Source: Lophium mytilinum (Eukaryota). Taken from it: a stretch of 64,000 bases of DNA. The stretch lies in the NCBI GenBank assembly GCA_010093605.1, contig MU004190.1, positions 62,001 through 126,000 on the forward strand. The letters run 5' to 3'. The translations under genes were made by a program, and so were the position numbers. Under the pieces are notes generated by a model. That model made no database searches. It saw nothing but the letters and a program-made list of their open reading frames with translations, and was not told where the DNA came from. Shown piece by piece: positions 11,895 through 23,707 of the stretch. Every line of letters starts with the position of its first letter. Positions within the stretch are counted from its first letter, which is position 1.

Positions 11895-12862
11895 GATGCT
11901 GGTTGCTTCTATACTCTGTCGCTAGAGATGCGGAAGGCTTTCGCGGATTGCACTTCGGGGTATTCGAGCTTTCAAATTTCTATCGTGAGAGTGACAAGAG
12001 ACAAGTTCTAATATTCAATACCCCTACAACGTTCTCTCACAGTGTTGTTAAACACAATTAGGTTTATGTTGACGTCTACGTCTATCCAGAACTCTTCTAC
12101 CCCGGAACCCACGGAAAGCTGTCGGAGCGCAAGTTGCCTTGGTAAACGGTCTTAAGGCACTCGCTTAGTGGTCCCTTCGGGCGGCAATGCGGCAATCGTT
12201 GTTGGTCGGAAGCCGGAATGGCTCTAGTGCGGGGAATTGGCGTCGTTGCGGGGTTCAGAGCCTCGAACTGAGAATTTGAGAAGTTGCGAACGTCTTCCAT
12301 GTCAGGAGATCTATCGAGCAAGTGTCAGACCATCGAGCTGCTTTGCCGTCTTATCCGTGGGTACGTTTGAGAACTTATCTGTTTTGCGGAAGGGCGAGGG
12401 CGGAACCTGGAGATATATTCCACATGGACTTGCTAGGGTGATTCGTGGCACTGGGGCGTCAAGCGAGCGTGCCCAGGTAGATATGCAACAACGATTATAT
12501 CGCTAATCTTTTTCATGCCAACTACTTTGTAGGGTTCAACGCTATATTTGGCAGCAAATGAAGAGGTTCATATTGCCCAGTAAACGAACCCGACCAAGAG
12601 TCCATGGATTAAGCACTCTGATTACCCTGGATCAGTCTGATCGCCTACCATATTAGGCTCTTTGTTGTCAGATATGTCCTTTGGCCAGTCTCTAAACTGC
12701 GTAATTTCTTTGAAACTATCTTGATTATCATCAGGGCATTACTAGACGTCAGGAAGCGTCACTGAAACAGTTTCAACATTCGATTCGGACACTTTGTGAA
12801 CTTGCACTAATATACTTTTATCTCGACAAAGCTTTTACCGCGCCAGTGCTATAAGAGCACCC

Positions 12863-14684
12863 TCATACCAGAGGACTGATATGCCTCAACCCCTCCGGCG
12901 TCAGATGCTTTTTCAGTGAGTATTCGCTATCCTCGACTGTGGTAACTTGTTTTTCTTTCTCGTGCTCGCTGCCATCAGCAACACTTCCTCCCGCTATTCC
13001 CGCTCTTTCATAATGAGCTACTAAGTCGTCGTCGCCGAATATGCGAGCTATCTCCTCCAAAGGCTTCCCCAACGTATCCGGGAAATAGAGATACATAATA
13101 ATAGACGATACGACGCAGCAGCAGATAAACACCATGTAAAACTTCCAGTGAATCGTGCGGAAAGCTATTGGCGAAACTTGCGTCCACATGATATTGATCA
13201 AGCTGTAGGAAGCTACGCACAGAGTGGCGCCTTTGGAGCGAAGATGTGTAGGGAAGATCTCGCTGGCCTGGCAAAGATGTCAGCAAATACTCGTCGCAAT
13301 TGATAAGAGTGTTACTGGAAAAGACACTAACGTAGAAGTAACCAGGCCCATCCAGGAAAATACCATAGAGGAAGATGTAGATGTACAAGAAAGCTACACC
13401 AGCGGCGAGACCAGACTTGTTTGTGGTGCCGACGTAGAGAGATGTCATGGCTGCCTCACCGGCTAGAGGAACAGCGACCGCAATCATACCGACGGATAAG
13501 ATGATGTTTCGCGGGATGCGGTCCACAACGAATAGGGAGATACATAATGCGGATATAGAGCACAAAATAATACCCGCCTGGAATTGGAGGGTTTGGGCTG
13601 GCTTATATCCTAGCTCGGCGAAGAGGGTCGGCCCGTAATCTGGAGGTGTCAGCTGTTTGCCTACAGTGTATAGCATGGACAATGTACTCACTCGAGACCG
13701 TCAAAGTTCCAGAGCTGTAGATGAACGTCAAAAGTGAGCAAGCAATGTACGCCCGCTTGCGATACGATGGTCGGGTGACCAAGATCTTCCAGGACGAATC
13801 CAAGCGACTATCAAGCTCGATTTGCCTCTGCATTTGCTGGAACTCTTCTTTTGCGTAATCGCCTTCGGGATCGTCGGCTGAGCGGTGCAGGTCCTCGACG
13901 ATCTTCCATGCTCGCTCAGGTTGGCCTTTGACGAGAAGCCACCTCGGACTTTCAGGGACCCATGGCATGAATGCCAACGTAATTAAGGGAGGTAGACATA
14001 CGAAGGCCAGAGGTGCACGCCATTGGTTGCCGGAGCCGTGTTGATAATAAAAGAATCCGACTCCGACGTACGAGGCGACCAGGTATCCAAAAACGGCCAT
14101 CAGTCCATGGATATTGCCGAAGACGCCGCGGCCGCCTGGGGGTACAACCTCCATAATCCATAGAGGTACTGATATGAGAAGCATCAAGCAGCTATGTGGA
14201 TAACGTATCAGCTAGTGCGCGAATCAAAACTGGGTCACGGACACCTTACCTCCAGCCAGTACAAAATCGGAAGACAATGAACATCGCAACATGTACCGAT
14301 CCAGCGCATAGAGCCGCTGCTATGACCATGATCACGCAGGCCGTCATGATAGAGGTCTTTCTCCCGAAACGATCCGCATACCACGCATTGAAAACCGAAC
14401 CGAAGAAGCCGCCAGCGTAGAATAATGAGTTCATGGCGCCCGTAATTTTCGCAGTGTTTGGATTCGTAGTTGTCAGGTTCATGTATGTCCTAAAAGATGG
14501 TTGACCTGGAATTGTCAGAATTGCAATCCAATTCGTGAAACTCTCAGTTTCACTTACCAAGTGTGGTGGCAATGATTGCAGAAGCAAAGCCAAACGAAAC
14601 ACTTCCCCAACACACACCAAAAACAATCAGAACCAGGCGTTTTTGGAAATGACTCCGCGTTTTCTCATCTTTAGGGGCCTCCAT
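12863..14684 (-). CDS. MFS sugar-porter family transporter (multi-exon)
   Basis: ADRFGRK, PESPRWL, EIFPT..R..G, FPDTLGKPLEEI; many hydrophobic segments; ATG at 14684 (MEAPKDEK). Confidence 0.92.
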
Positions 14685-15318
14685 AGTGAGCAGGATATTG
14701 CGGAGCGCGAGACGTAAAATTCGTAAAGCGATGAACTTGAGGCTAAAATAGCGAACCTTGGGACATATGCATGCTCGCTTCTCGGCTATATACTATTGTA
14801 GTATCCCCGCAAGCGTGGTTTCTTTGTTGTTTGTGACCCACAATGCCGGAATTCAAAAACGATTCCAGCTCGCAGGTGGGGTGTAGCGTGACCAATGAAC
14901 GACTCGACGTGATACTGGTGCCATTATTCTTGGATACGCGACAAATCCAGTGCTTGTTGAGAAGCAAAAGAAAAAGGCAGCAGACGGGAAGTATTTCAAG
15001 AGAGGCATAGAAGGGTATCACGCAACACCAAGCCTCATTGGAACTTATGCAGGAGATGCTTGTTTATACCGCAAAAGCTGACACAGACGCATGGCAACAT
15101 GCCCAATTCCGCCACTACGATGACTATCTTACATTCGGAATTTCGCAATGCAGGTCTTCAATTGTTGATGGAGACGACATCCGAAACGGTTCACGTGGTA
15201 TACTCTCCTGCCTCTCCTCATTTGTCCCCAAGTAGGTAAACCGCAGTACCCCTCCTTCAGCCACCAACCAAGCACTGACAATCCATTCTTGCAGAGGCTC
15301 CGCGAAAAAAATCTAGAA

Positions 15319-16092
15319 ATGTCTCTCTCTAAGCAGCAAGAGGGGATCAAGCAGCGATTCATTGACCAAAGAGGAATATGGGACGAGAACTGGGAAGCAA
15401 TCCTCAAGCTCAACCCGGCATACTTGTCCGTCTACATCAATCTCCGTGATGCCTCTCAAAAGAAACAGCGGTTACCTCCGAAGGTGCAAGAATTCATCTA
15501 CATTGCAGTTGCGGCCTCCACAACCACCATCCACGAAACCGCGGTCAAAGCCCACATCTCCGCCGCTATCAAATGCGGCGCCACTGCCGACGAGATCTTC
15601 GAAGTCATAGGCCTTACATACCTCGTCGGTATTCACACCGTCACGCTCGGCGCACCTATACTCATCGACTTGATGGAAGAGCTGGGGATCGAGGGTTCGA
15701 AATCCGAGGAGCTGAACGCAGAGCGTGAGCGCATACGGCAGGACTTCATTCGGCAACGCGGATTCTGGCCTGAAACCTTCAATCCGCTGCTGGAGCTTGA
15801 CCCACACTACTTCGAAGCCTATACCGATTTCTCGGGCTTGCCGTCGAAGACGAACGTGCTGGAACCGAAGGTGCGGGAGATCGTGACTTGTGCTTTTGAT
15901 GCGGCGACAACGCACTTGTATGGACGCGGGACGAAGATTCATATGCGAAACGCGCTGAAACTGGGCGCGACACCGGACGAGATCATGGAGATGCTGGAGA
16001 TTACGAGCCTGATGGGCATCGATGGAGTGACGTCCGCAGCGCCAATCTTAGCTGCAGCGGCTAGTGCTGCTACGAATGGAAACGCCGCTTGA
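15319..16092 (+). CDS. Tandem double carboxymuconolactone-decarboxylase (CMD/AhpD-like) domain protein, intronless
   Basis: Two homologous halves: LPPKVQEFIYIAVAASTT..HISAAIKCGATADEIFE and LEPKVREIVTCAFDAATT..HMRNALKLGATPDEIME. Confidence 0.88.
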   Translation: MSLSKQQEGIKQRFIDQRGIWDENWEAILKLNPAYLSVYINLRDASQKKQRLPPKVQEFIYIAVAASTTTIHETAVKAHISAAIKCGATADEIFEVIGLTYLVGIHTVTLGAPILIDLMEELGIEGSKSEELNAERERIRQDFIRQRGFWPETFNPLLELDPHYFEAYTDFSGLPSKTNVLEPKVREIVTCAFDAATTHLYGRGTKIHMRNALKLGATPDEIMEMLEITSLMGIDGVTSAAPILAAAASAATNGNAA

Positions 16093-16297
16093 TTAGACTC
16101 GAGACTGGCTAGGGGCAAGTAGATAGATCTAGACGAGTCATATTTAACGGGGTTTACCCCAGAATGAGTGTTGTCGAAGTCCGGCAATGCACGTGCAAAA
16201 CCTCACTGAAGATCATGGTGTTATCAGCAAGATTGGGGGGTTGCACCGAAGTGCAACGCTTTTGATTCTCGATACGGGTATGCCGCTAGCCCTCGTC

Positions 16298-17482
16298 TTA
16301 AACTACTTCGTTGAGGCCTTGGTTGTATAGCGTCCGCATGTACTCTACCATCGACACCTGCCTTTCCGATACCACTGATCCATCTTTCCTCGTAAACGTC
16401 GCTACCGTGTCGGCAATGTAGCTATGCACCAAAATCGTTCCACCTCTTCGAATCCAGGTATAATACCACCGCCCATAAGCTGTCACAGTTGCATCCAGCG
16501 TGCCCAGTTCCGTAATTGCCGTAATCTTCCACTTCGACGGATTGATCTGGTTTGTTTTTGGGTCGAACCAGTTATCCAGAGCAATTATCTGCGCGTACAA
16601 CGGCTCCTCGACAATGATTGTTTGATTGTCTATGTTGATGAACATCTGGATAGACATGGTATCGTTCCCGACATCGGTTCCCATAGTCCAGAAGGAGAAC
16701 TGTTTGCCCCAGCTGTTGAACCAAGGACTTCCACGGCCACCCATATACTGAAGCCGAGCTGGGACCACTCCAGCAGTGATGATGCGTTCATGAATAGCAT
16801 AGCCTTCCGAGATGGTGTATGTGATGTTGTTTGCAGTGACGGTGCCATTGGCTTTGAGGTGAAGGATGCCACCAGCTCCGCCTCCCTCGCTATTGATCTC
16901 AGTAAAAGGCCCGATCTGATAGAAAAGATCAGACCACTGCACGAGATCGAGGTTGACTTTGATCCCGCCATGCTCTCCTCTTGCCTTGTAGTGCGGGGGG
17001 CTGGAAGCCAGTTCGCGACCATCCAACTTCCACGTAACCTCGTCCTTCGTTTCATTGAATTGCAAAGCCCCAGGGGTATAGTAGTCATCGATGTTCTGGC
17101 CCTTGTTCAGGAAAGGAGTGTTATGCATGATCTCTTTCTCAGCCGCAGTATAATTGGTGACTACCATCGCGGACTGCGAAATGTCGCAATCGATGACCGT
17201 GTCAGTGCCTACCTGGCGATATAGGAATAGCCAGAGTAGGAGGTCCTCCTCGGACTCGGTCTTAGCACGAACAACGTAACCAAAGTCGCTGAACAGGTCT
17301 TTGGTATAGTTATCGGGCACGATTGGGCCATCCTGGGGGACTTCGAACGCTGGTGCAAGTAGATTGGTGTAACTGGGAGGCGCCGGGATGCATAATGAGC
17401 TAGCGAGAAGGGCCGCCGTGCTGGTTGATGCAAGCAGCTGGCCAGGTGGAGTATATGTTGGAGTAGGGAATAGTAGAGACAT
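16298..17482 (-). CDS. Uncharacterised beta-rich protein, probable AttH/CrtC-like double barrel, intronless
   Basis: 394-aa ORF; ANGTVTANNITYTISEGYAIHER and WFDPKTNQINPSKWKI resemble AttH/lipocalin-like motifs. Confidence 0.6.
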   Translation of the reverse strand: MSLLFPTPTYTPPGQLLASTSTAALLASSLCIPAPPSYTNLLAPAFEVPQDGPIVPDNYTKDLFSDFGYVVRAKTESEEDLLLWLFLYRQVGTDTVIDCDISQSAMVVTNYTAAEKEIMHNTPFLNKGQNIDDYYTPGALQFNETKDEVTWKLDGRELASSPPHYKARGEHGGIKVNLDLVQWSDLFYQIGPFTEINSEGGGAGGILHLKANGTVTANNITYTISEGYAIHERIITAGVVPARLQYMGGRGSPWFNSWGKQFSFWTMGTDVGNDTMSIQMFINIDNQTIIVEEPLYAQIIALDNWFDPKTNQINPSKWKITAITELGTLDATVTAYGRWYYTWIRRGGTILVHSYIADTVATFTRKDGSVVSERQVSMVEYMRTLYNQGLNEVV

Positions 17483-18159
17483 GATGAAAGACTAAAGTTC
17501 GTCCTTGATCGCTGTAACTTGCGATTGAACAAAGTCTCATTCACTTGCGCCCTTTATATAATTCTCTTGACTATGCCGACATTCCCGAAACTTGACTGAA
17601 TATGCTCGTATACCTGGCATAACCTCATGTCATTTGCAAAGTTTTTCAAACGCATTTGGTAAAACGCGGGGATATCTGGGGAAGAGGTGGGATAAGGTTC
17701 CGTTAGTGCGTCACTGTCAAGGCTGTTGGCATGGGTTACCTTCACCGCTGCCAACTTGGCAGATTCGGGCAAGGAGTTCTCTCCTCTCGTGCTCCGGAAG
17801 TTGGTGAACATGCTATGCTACGCTTTGCCAAGACGGCCCATCGAGATCACTGTTTTCTTACCGAATACAAACGCGGGGTGGTCGTGGTGGGGCGTGAGGA
17901 GCTTCCAGTGACGTTCCGAGAATGTTCCGCCCTGAAACGCAACCTCGAACATTGAGATGTAGTCAATTCGTTCAAAATAGGACAACAAGAGATAGAAATT
18001 GCCAAACCATACCATCGAAACGTTACATGATCAGATACTTGAGTACCCGCCTGCCGGTCAGAAGCATCATCAGCCTCGAAATCAAGAGCTGCCCTTGATC
18101 TGTTGCTAAGATCAAGCCGAATCCCGGAGGTCAGCCACAAAAGCCAGAACTCCATCAAT

Positions 18160-19092
18160 ATGGCAGAAAAAAAGGTTGTCAGTTCTGCAATGGAGGAGGT
18201 CTTGGACATAATCCCCCCTCCAGAAGTCTCCCTCGAATCCCAAGGAAAGGCACCCGGCCGCGGTCGTCTCATCGGGAAGCGCATTCTGGTCGTCGGCGGC
18301 GGCCAATCGGTCAACACCTTTGACGACAACCCACCTATCGGGAATGGACGTGCGTCATGCGTGCTCATGGCACGTGAGGGCGCTACAGTGGTGGTAGCAG
18401 ACCTTTCCGCAGAAGCCGCCCAAGGCACCGTCGACATTATCGAGAAAGAGGGAGTCGGAAAAGCTCACATGGTCATCGGAGATGTCTCTACCCCTGAAGG
18501 ATGCTCGGGTATTATTCAAGACTCGTTGAAGGCCCTAGGCGGGCAGTTGGATGGGTTGGTGATCGGCGTTGGGATCGTGGGAGCTGGAGCGTCAATACCG
18601 CACTACTCTGCAGCCTACTGGGACCGAGTGATGAATATCAACGTCCGCTCTCACTTTTTGATACTCCAGGAAGCTCTGCCGCATATCGAGAAGCAGCCTG
18701 CGGGAGGATCGGTGGTCTCAATCAGCTCGATCTCACAATATCTGCCAGCTTCCACCGAGCCTGCGTACAATGCATCGAAGGCGGCACTTTCGATTCTCAT
18801 TAAGAACGTAGCGTACCAGTTCGCTCCTCGTGTGAGAGTGAACACTGTCGTACCTGGATTGATTGACACGCCTATGGGACGAAGTTCAGGAACGAAGATC
18901 AAGGGTCGGAATGCAAGTGCTGTACCGCTGGCACGACAAGGATCCGGCTGGGATATAGGATACGCTGTCACTTTCCTAATGAGCGGAGAAAGCTCGTTCA
19001 TAACCGCAACGGATATGATTGTAGACGGTGGTTACGTCGGCATGGGAAGTAAGACAGCGAAGAAGCCGAACCAAGAGACAGGGGTGTCGTAG
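18160..19092 (+). CDS. Short-chain dehydrogenase/reductase, intronless
   Basis: VVGGGQ..PIGNGRA, YNASK, VRVNTVVPGLIDTP, IVDGG. Confidence 0.93.
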   Translation: MAEKKVVSSAMEEVLDIIPPPEVSLESQGKAPGRGRLIGKRILVVGGGQSVNTFDDNPPIGNGRASCVLMAREGATVVVADLSAEAAQGTVDIIEKEGVGKAHMVIGDVSTPEGCSGIIQDSLKALGGQLDGLVIGVGIVGAGASIPHYSAAYWDRVMNINVRSHFLILQEALPHIEKQPAGGSVVSISSISQYLPASTEPAYNASKAALSILIKNVAYQFAPRVRVNTVVPGLIDTPMGRSSGTKIKGRNASAVPLARQGSGWDIGYAVTFLMSGESSFITATDMIVDGGYVGMGSKTAKKPNQETGVS

Positions 19093-19188
19093 GGTTTTGC
19101 TACCCCTTGAGTCAATCGAACGACTGATGCAATTATTACTTGAAGGCACCAATCATAGGCGCTCATACTGTTACATATGCACCATAAG

Positions 19189-20203
19189 TTATCTATATCC
19201 TCCGTCCGCTGCCAAGTACGTCGCAGTGACAAAACTAGATCTTCCACTCGTCAGGAACATGATGCAATGCGCCATTTCGTCTGACTGCCCAACCCGTTTC
19301 ATAGCAATCTCTCTCATCCTAGCTTCTTGTCTCTCTTTCGCAACATCACCTTGCGGTAGCTTCCCTAATATAGGAGTCTCAATGGTTCTAAGATCGTGAG
19401 CTGTGTCCTCTAAGCCTCCTTCAAAAGCGTTGTACTTACCCAGGACATAACGCGTTCACTCGAATCCCTTCCGTTGCAAACTTCAGGCCGTCCTAGGGAT
19501 ATGGTCAGTGTTGTAAGTGACAGGAGGTCGTAAACACCCACAGATTTCGAGAGCCCCACAACCCCGTGCTTGCTGGCTGAATAGCAGGGCAAGTCTCCAT
19601 TGCCTTTCAGGCCAGCTTGCGACGCTACGTTTACGATAGCACCTCTTGCCGGATATGGAGAGTCCCTATTGAGTATCAGAATCGTGCTAATTCAATCCTG
19701 CAAGTACCCAGGGGGTTGCTTTGGAGGTACTCCATACTTGCTCGTCAAAGGTTCTTGCTTCAACATCTGCTTGATCACTGCCTTGGAGCAGAAGAACACT
19801 CCTCTGAGATTCACTTGGAGCACCAGGTCCCAGTCTTCCTCGCTCAATATCGTAGTATTCCCGTACTTGACAATGCCAGCTACGTTGGCAAGATAGTCGA
19901 TTCTCCCAAACTCTGCTACGGCTTCGTCGACCATATTCTGGACGGATTCTAGGCTGCGGACGTCCAGAGTAATCGCCTTGACTTTCGCATCTGGGTACTT
20001 TTCTTGGATTTCCTTTTGAGTGGTCTGGAGGAGTTCGGCGTTGACGTCGGCGATTACGATGCGTTTGCAGCCTTCAATGGCGTAGCGGATGGCAGTTGCT
20101 TTTCCGATGCCTATGAGTACGATTAGAAGACTTCGCTATTGTGATTGATAGATTGAGTACCAGAGGCCCCTCCAGTCACTAGTGCGACTCCAGGGAAGTC
20201 CAT
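19189..20203 (-). CDS. Short-chain dehydrogenase/reductase (5 exons), paralog of the gene at 1-818
   Basis: Spliced MDFPGVALVTGGASGIG, RIDYLANVAG, YSASKHG, IRVNALCPG, ADGGYR*. Confidence 0.9.
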
Positions 20204-20594
20204 ACTGAGAAATTTGGATTTTGAGCACAACTCAGATTTGAAGGTTTTTGTTGAGGTGACTGAGAAGTGTTCCTAGGAAATGTTGAGCGACTACACTCCC
20301 CTTATGTATATTTTCGAAATCGCAGGTCCATTGTTCCGCCCTTTCGCTCGGAATTTGATTGATCGGAAAGACCCCCTATGGGGAAGTTCGCAATATCCAC
20401 CGCACCTCTATCTCCAAATATTTAGTATTTAGTATTCCAGTCTCTTTGATTATCAGCCGCGACACTTCATCATATGAGTTCACTGTTTACGAAAGCTTAT
20501 TTTTGCACTAGATTGGATACGCCTCTTCTATGTCAAAACTTTCCATTACCGACCAATCATACATCCAAGAATCGAAACGCTCTACAGCTCCGCC

Positions 20595-22508
20595 TCAAAG
20601 CAAACCAGGCACAGTGACCGAATGTGCTACACCACCTGGCGTATGCTCCTCTGGGTTGATGACAGGCGGGATATTGACCTTATCAAGATATTCCGTCGTC
20701 ACTCTCTCCTCATGCTGCGCCAAGGTATGCCCGTTCCCAAGCCACGAGTATTCATTGCCCACAATCTCAGGCATCAAGTCGTAGTTGAAGTCCTCCCACC
20801 TCGGGTTCTCAAACGCCACCGTAGCATGAATACACGACCCAGACCAGAGCGTCACGACACGGCCGTCCTCTTTCCCACGCTTCATCCACGACTTGCATGG
20901 CTGTGTATAAATAGTCTTAGTGAAGTACTTGTCGAGATGCCCGCTGAACTGCTTGTTGGCTCGTGGGCTGATGACGATGGACTTGATGTACTCGCGCTGC
21001 AGCTTCTGCACTACTTTGATCATGTACTCAGCTGCGCACTCGACTAGATGAATCAAGCTTCCGGTGCCAGGACCGCCGTTGGGACCCAAGAAGCGCATAT
21101 GGTTGGGCATTTTCGGGGGGAAGATGCCAAAGTAGCATTCTGGAGTAGGATTCCATACATCATCTAGGGAGACACCGTCTTCGCCAATGATTGGGAGGGG
21201 CTGTCGCAGTGTGGTGTCGAAACCCGTAGCGCAGATGATGGTGTCGACCTTGCGGAGCTTGCCATCGACGGTCTCGATACCTTCGGGCACAATCTTCTTG
21301 ATCTTGGTGTTGATGAATTCCACGTTATCTTCTAGCAAAGCCTCGAGATAGCCAGGACCGGGAGTGAGACGCCGGCAGCCTGGTGGGAATGCGGGCTCCA
21401 GAGCGGCCATGATCTCGGGCTTCTTCTCCAACTTCTTGGCCATTGCTTCGCGATTGATGATCTGGAACTCCTTCTGGGATGGCGTGCCGAAGAGAGTGAT
21501 CAAGGAGGCTTCATTGACCATAGCTTCGATGTGATGCCTGTATGCCAGGTACTCTTTCGGGTCTTTCCTCCATTTCTCTAGCTCCTCTTCCGAGTGCTTG
21601 ACTACGGGTTTGTCAGTTTCGCGGAGTCGTGAGAAGCTAAACATGGACACTTACAGTTACCAGTAGCTCCCCGAAGTTTGAGTTCTTGACTGCCGAAACC
21701 AATAGGCGATATCCAGGTCTTGCCGGACATATAATGATCTACCCGTTTCGCAATGGGTTGAATGGTAGGCAGAATCTGGATCCCCGAAGAGCCAGCGCCA
21801 ATGAGTGCCACGTCCTTATCCTTGAGCGGTGTGTCTTCCTCCCAGTTCGCCGAATGCACGAGCTTCCCCTTGAAGTCTTTTAGTCCCTCAATGGTTGGCC
21901 ACTGCCATTTGTTGAGGATTCCGGTTGCGCTGAGGTAGATATCACAGGTGTCGACAAAAGTCTAGATAATCATTAGCAGAGGTCCCGGAACAAAATTCAC
22001 GATCCTTACAGTTCCAGTTGTCGTATCTTCAAGAGTGACGTGCCACTTCCCCTCGTCTGCTTTCCAGGTCGCGCCTTTGAGAGTGTGGTTGAACTTCATA
22101 TATCTATATGCGCCATACTTCCGTGCCGTGCGCTGAAGGTACGCCTGAATCTCAGAACCAGTTGAATAATATTCACTCCATTGATTGTTGTTCTCGAAGG
22201 TGTACTGATAGCTGTGGCTGGGGATGTCGCATCGAACACCGGGGTATCTAGAGCTCACGGTCAGATCCAGTGATTGGAATAAGTGAATTTGGCGGAATCG
22301 CGCACCTGTTCTCGAACCAAGTTCCGCCAACGTCGGCATTCTTATCGTATACAGTCAAAGTGAGATTCTGGATTTTTTGCGGAAAACGGATGGCAGTAAG
22401 AATGCCAGAGATGCCGGCACCAATGCAGATGACCTTCATGGGCCTGTAGTCGTCGATGCAGTGCTCAAAAAGCGGCGGTAGGCCGTCGAAGGTTCCGGTT
22501 GATCCCAT
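20595..22508 (-). CDS. Flavin monooxygenase, BVMO-type (StcW/MoxY-like subfamily), multi-exon
   Basis: IGAGISG, GGTWFENRYPGVRCDIP, FKGKLVHSANW, GAGSSGIQ, GCRRLTPGPGYL, ATGF. Confidence 0.92.
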
Positions 22509-22957
22509 GTTGAAGAAAGTCGACTCGGTCTTTGGTGATGTGGTTCGAGAAGCTACAAATTGCAACTAGGAATGTTCGAAAGATGGTTAAGCAGGACTGT
22601 GATTCTTCGCGCTGAAAGATGCTCTTTATCCCTCTGAGTTCTTCGAATGTTGGAGAGGTCGAAGATAGATTTCCAGTTAGCCATTCGGGGCCTCGGCTGC
22701 CGATTAACCGTCTTTCGGAATTCAGCATTTCCAGGATTGGTCGAACCACTGGTTTGTATAGAGAAGCGTGACGACAGGGGCAATTCCGGCGTTGCGGGGT
22801 ACGAGTAGCTTTTGGGAGGGGCAACTTTGCCCCTCCATCACAAGTTCTATCGATGAACTGAACAATAGCAATATTGCATCACGCGATATTCAGGTTCTCT
22901 TTTTGCTTGCAGACACATCGCTTTTTGACTCGTTCTAGGCCTTGACAGATATCCAAA

Positions 22958-23707
22958 ATGTCGTCGAATATTGCACTTCACGTGAGGATGAAAGTCCAAC
23001 CAGGGAAACGGGACGAGGTATTGTTATTAACACCTTAAACGCCCATATACTGACTAATTGCTTCAAAGCTGATTGACGTATTGCGCCCAATAGAGAAGAA
23101 AGCACGAGAAGATCCAGGAACCCTGGCATACTTCATTGCAATTCCAGCTCAGGGAGATGACGGTACACAGATTGCCATGTTTGAGATGTATGCTACATCA
23201 TCCCGCAAGCTTTTAAGATACCACTAAGAACATCATAGATATGAAGATCTAGCAGCATGCGATGCTCATTCCGCAATGCCAGAAGTCGAACCGTTAAGAA
23301 AGGCCCTCCCAACTCTCCTCGCAGAGAAGCCTTTCTCACTTCGCTGCACCCCATTCGGCAAAGGCTTCATACGCCCAGGTATCTCAGAAGAGAAGGCAGA
23401 CGCCGGCCTGTCCCTCATGATTCGCATGACCTGGGCCGAGGGCACTGATATGGCGCAAGTCAAATCGAATTTCGAGGATCTAATTGCATACAGCCAAACG
23501 GAGTCTCAGACGTTTGCGTATCACTACGCTACCAATGAAGAGACTCCAAACACGTTATACGCTTTTGAGCAGTTCGAGTCAGGGGAGTTTTGCATGGGAA
23601 CACATATGAAGTCGGATCAGTTTATCAAAACTCAAAGCTATGCTGCGGATGCGCTCACGCCTGATCCATTGTTTGCGAAGAGAGTACTGGGCTTTTCAAA
23701 GAAGTAA
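22958..23707 (+). CDS. Double ABM (dimeric alpha-beta barrel) domain protein, 2 introns
   Basis: Spliced MSSNIALHVRMKVQPGKRDE|LIDVL..EDPGTLAY..MFE|YEDLAACDAH; second domain ESQTFAY..AFEQF..TH. Confidence 0.75.

Noticed and set aside
16424..17224. 266-aa plus-strand ORF and many similar antisense ORFs in the track
   Set aside because: Shadows of better-supported genes on the opposite strand; no motifs
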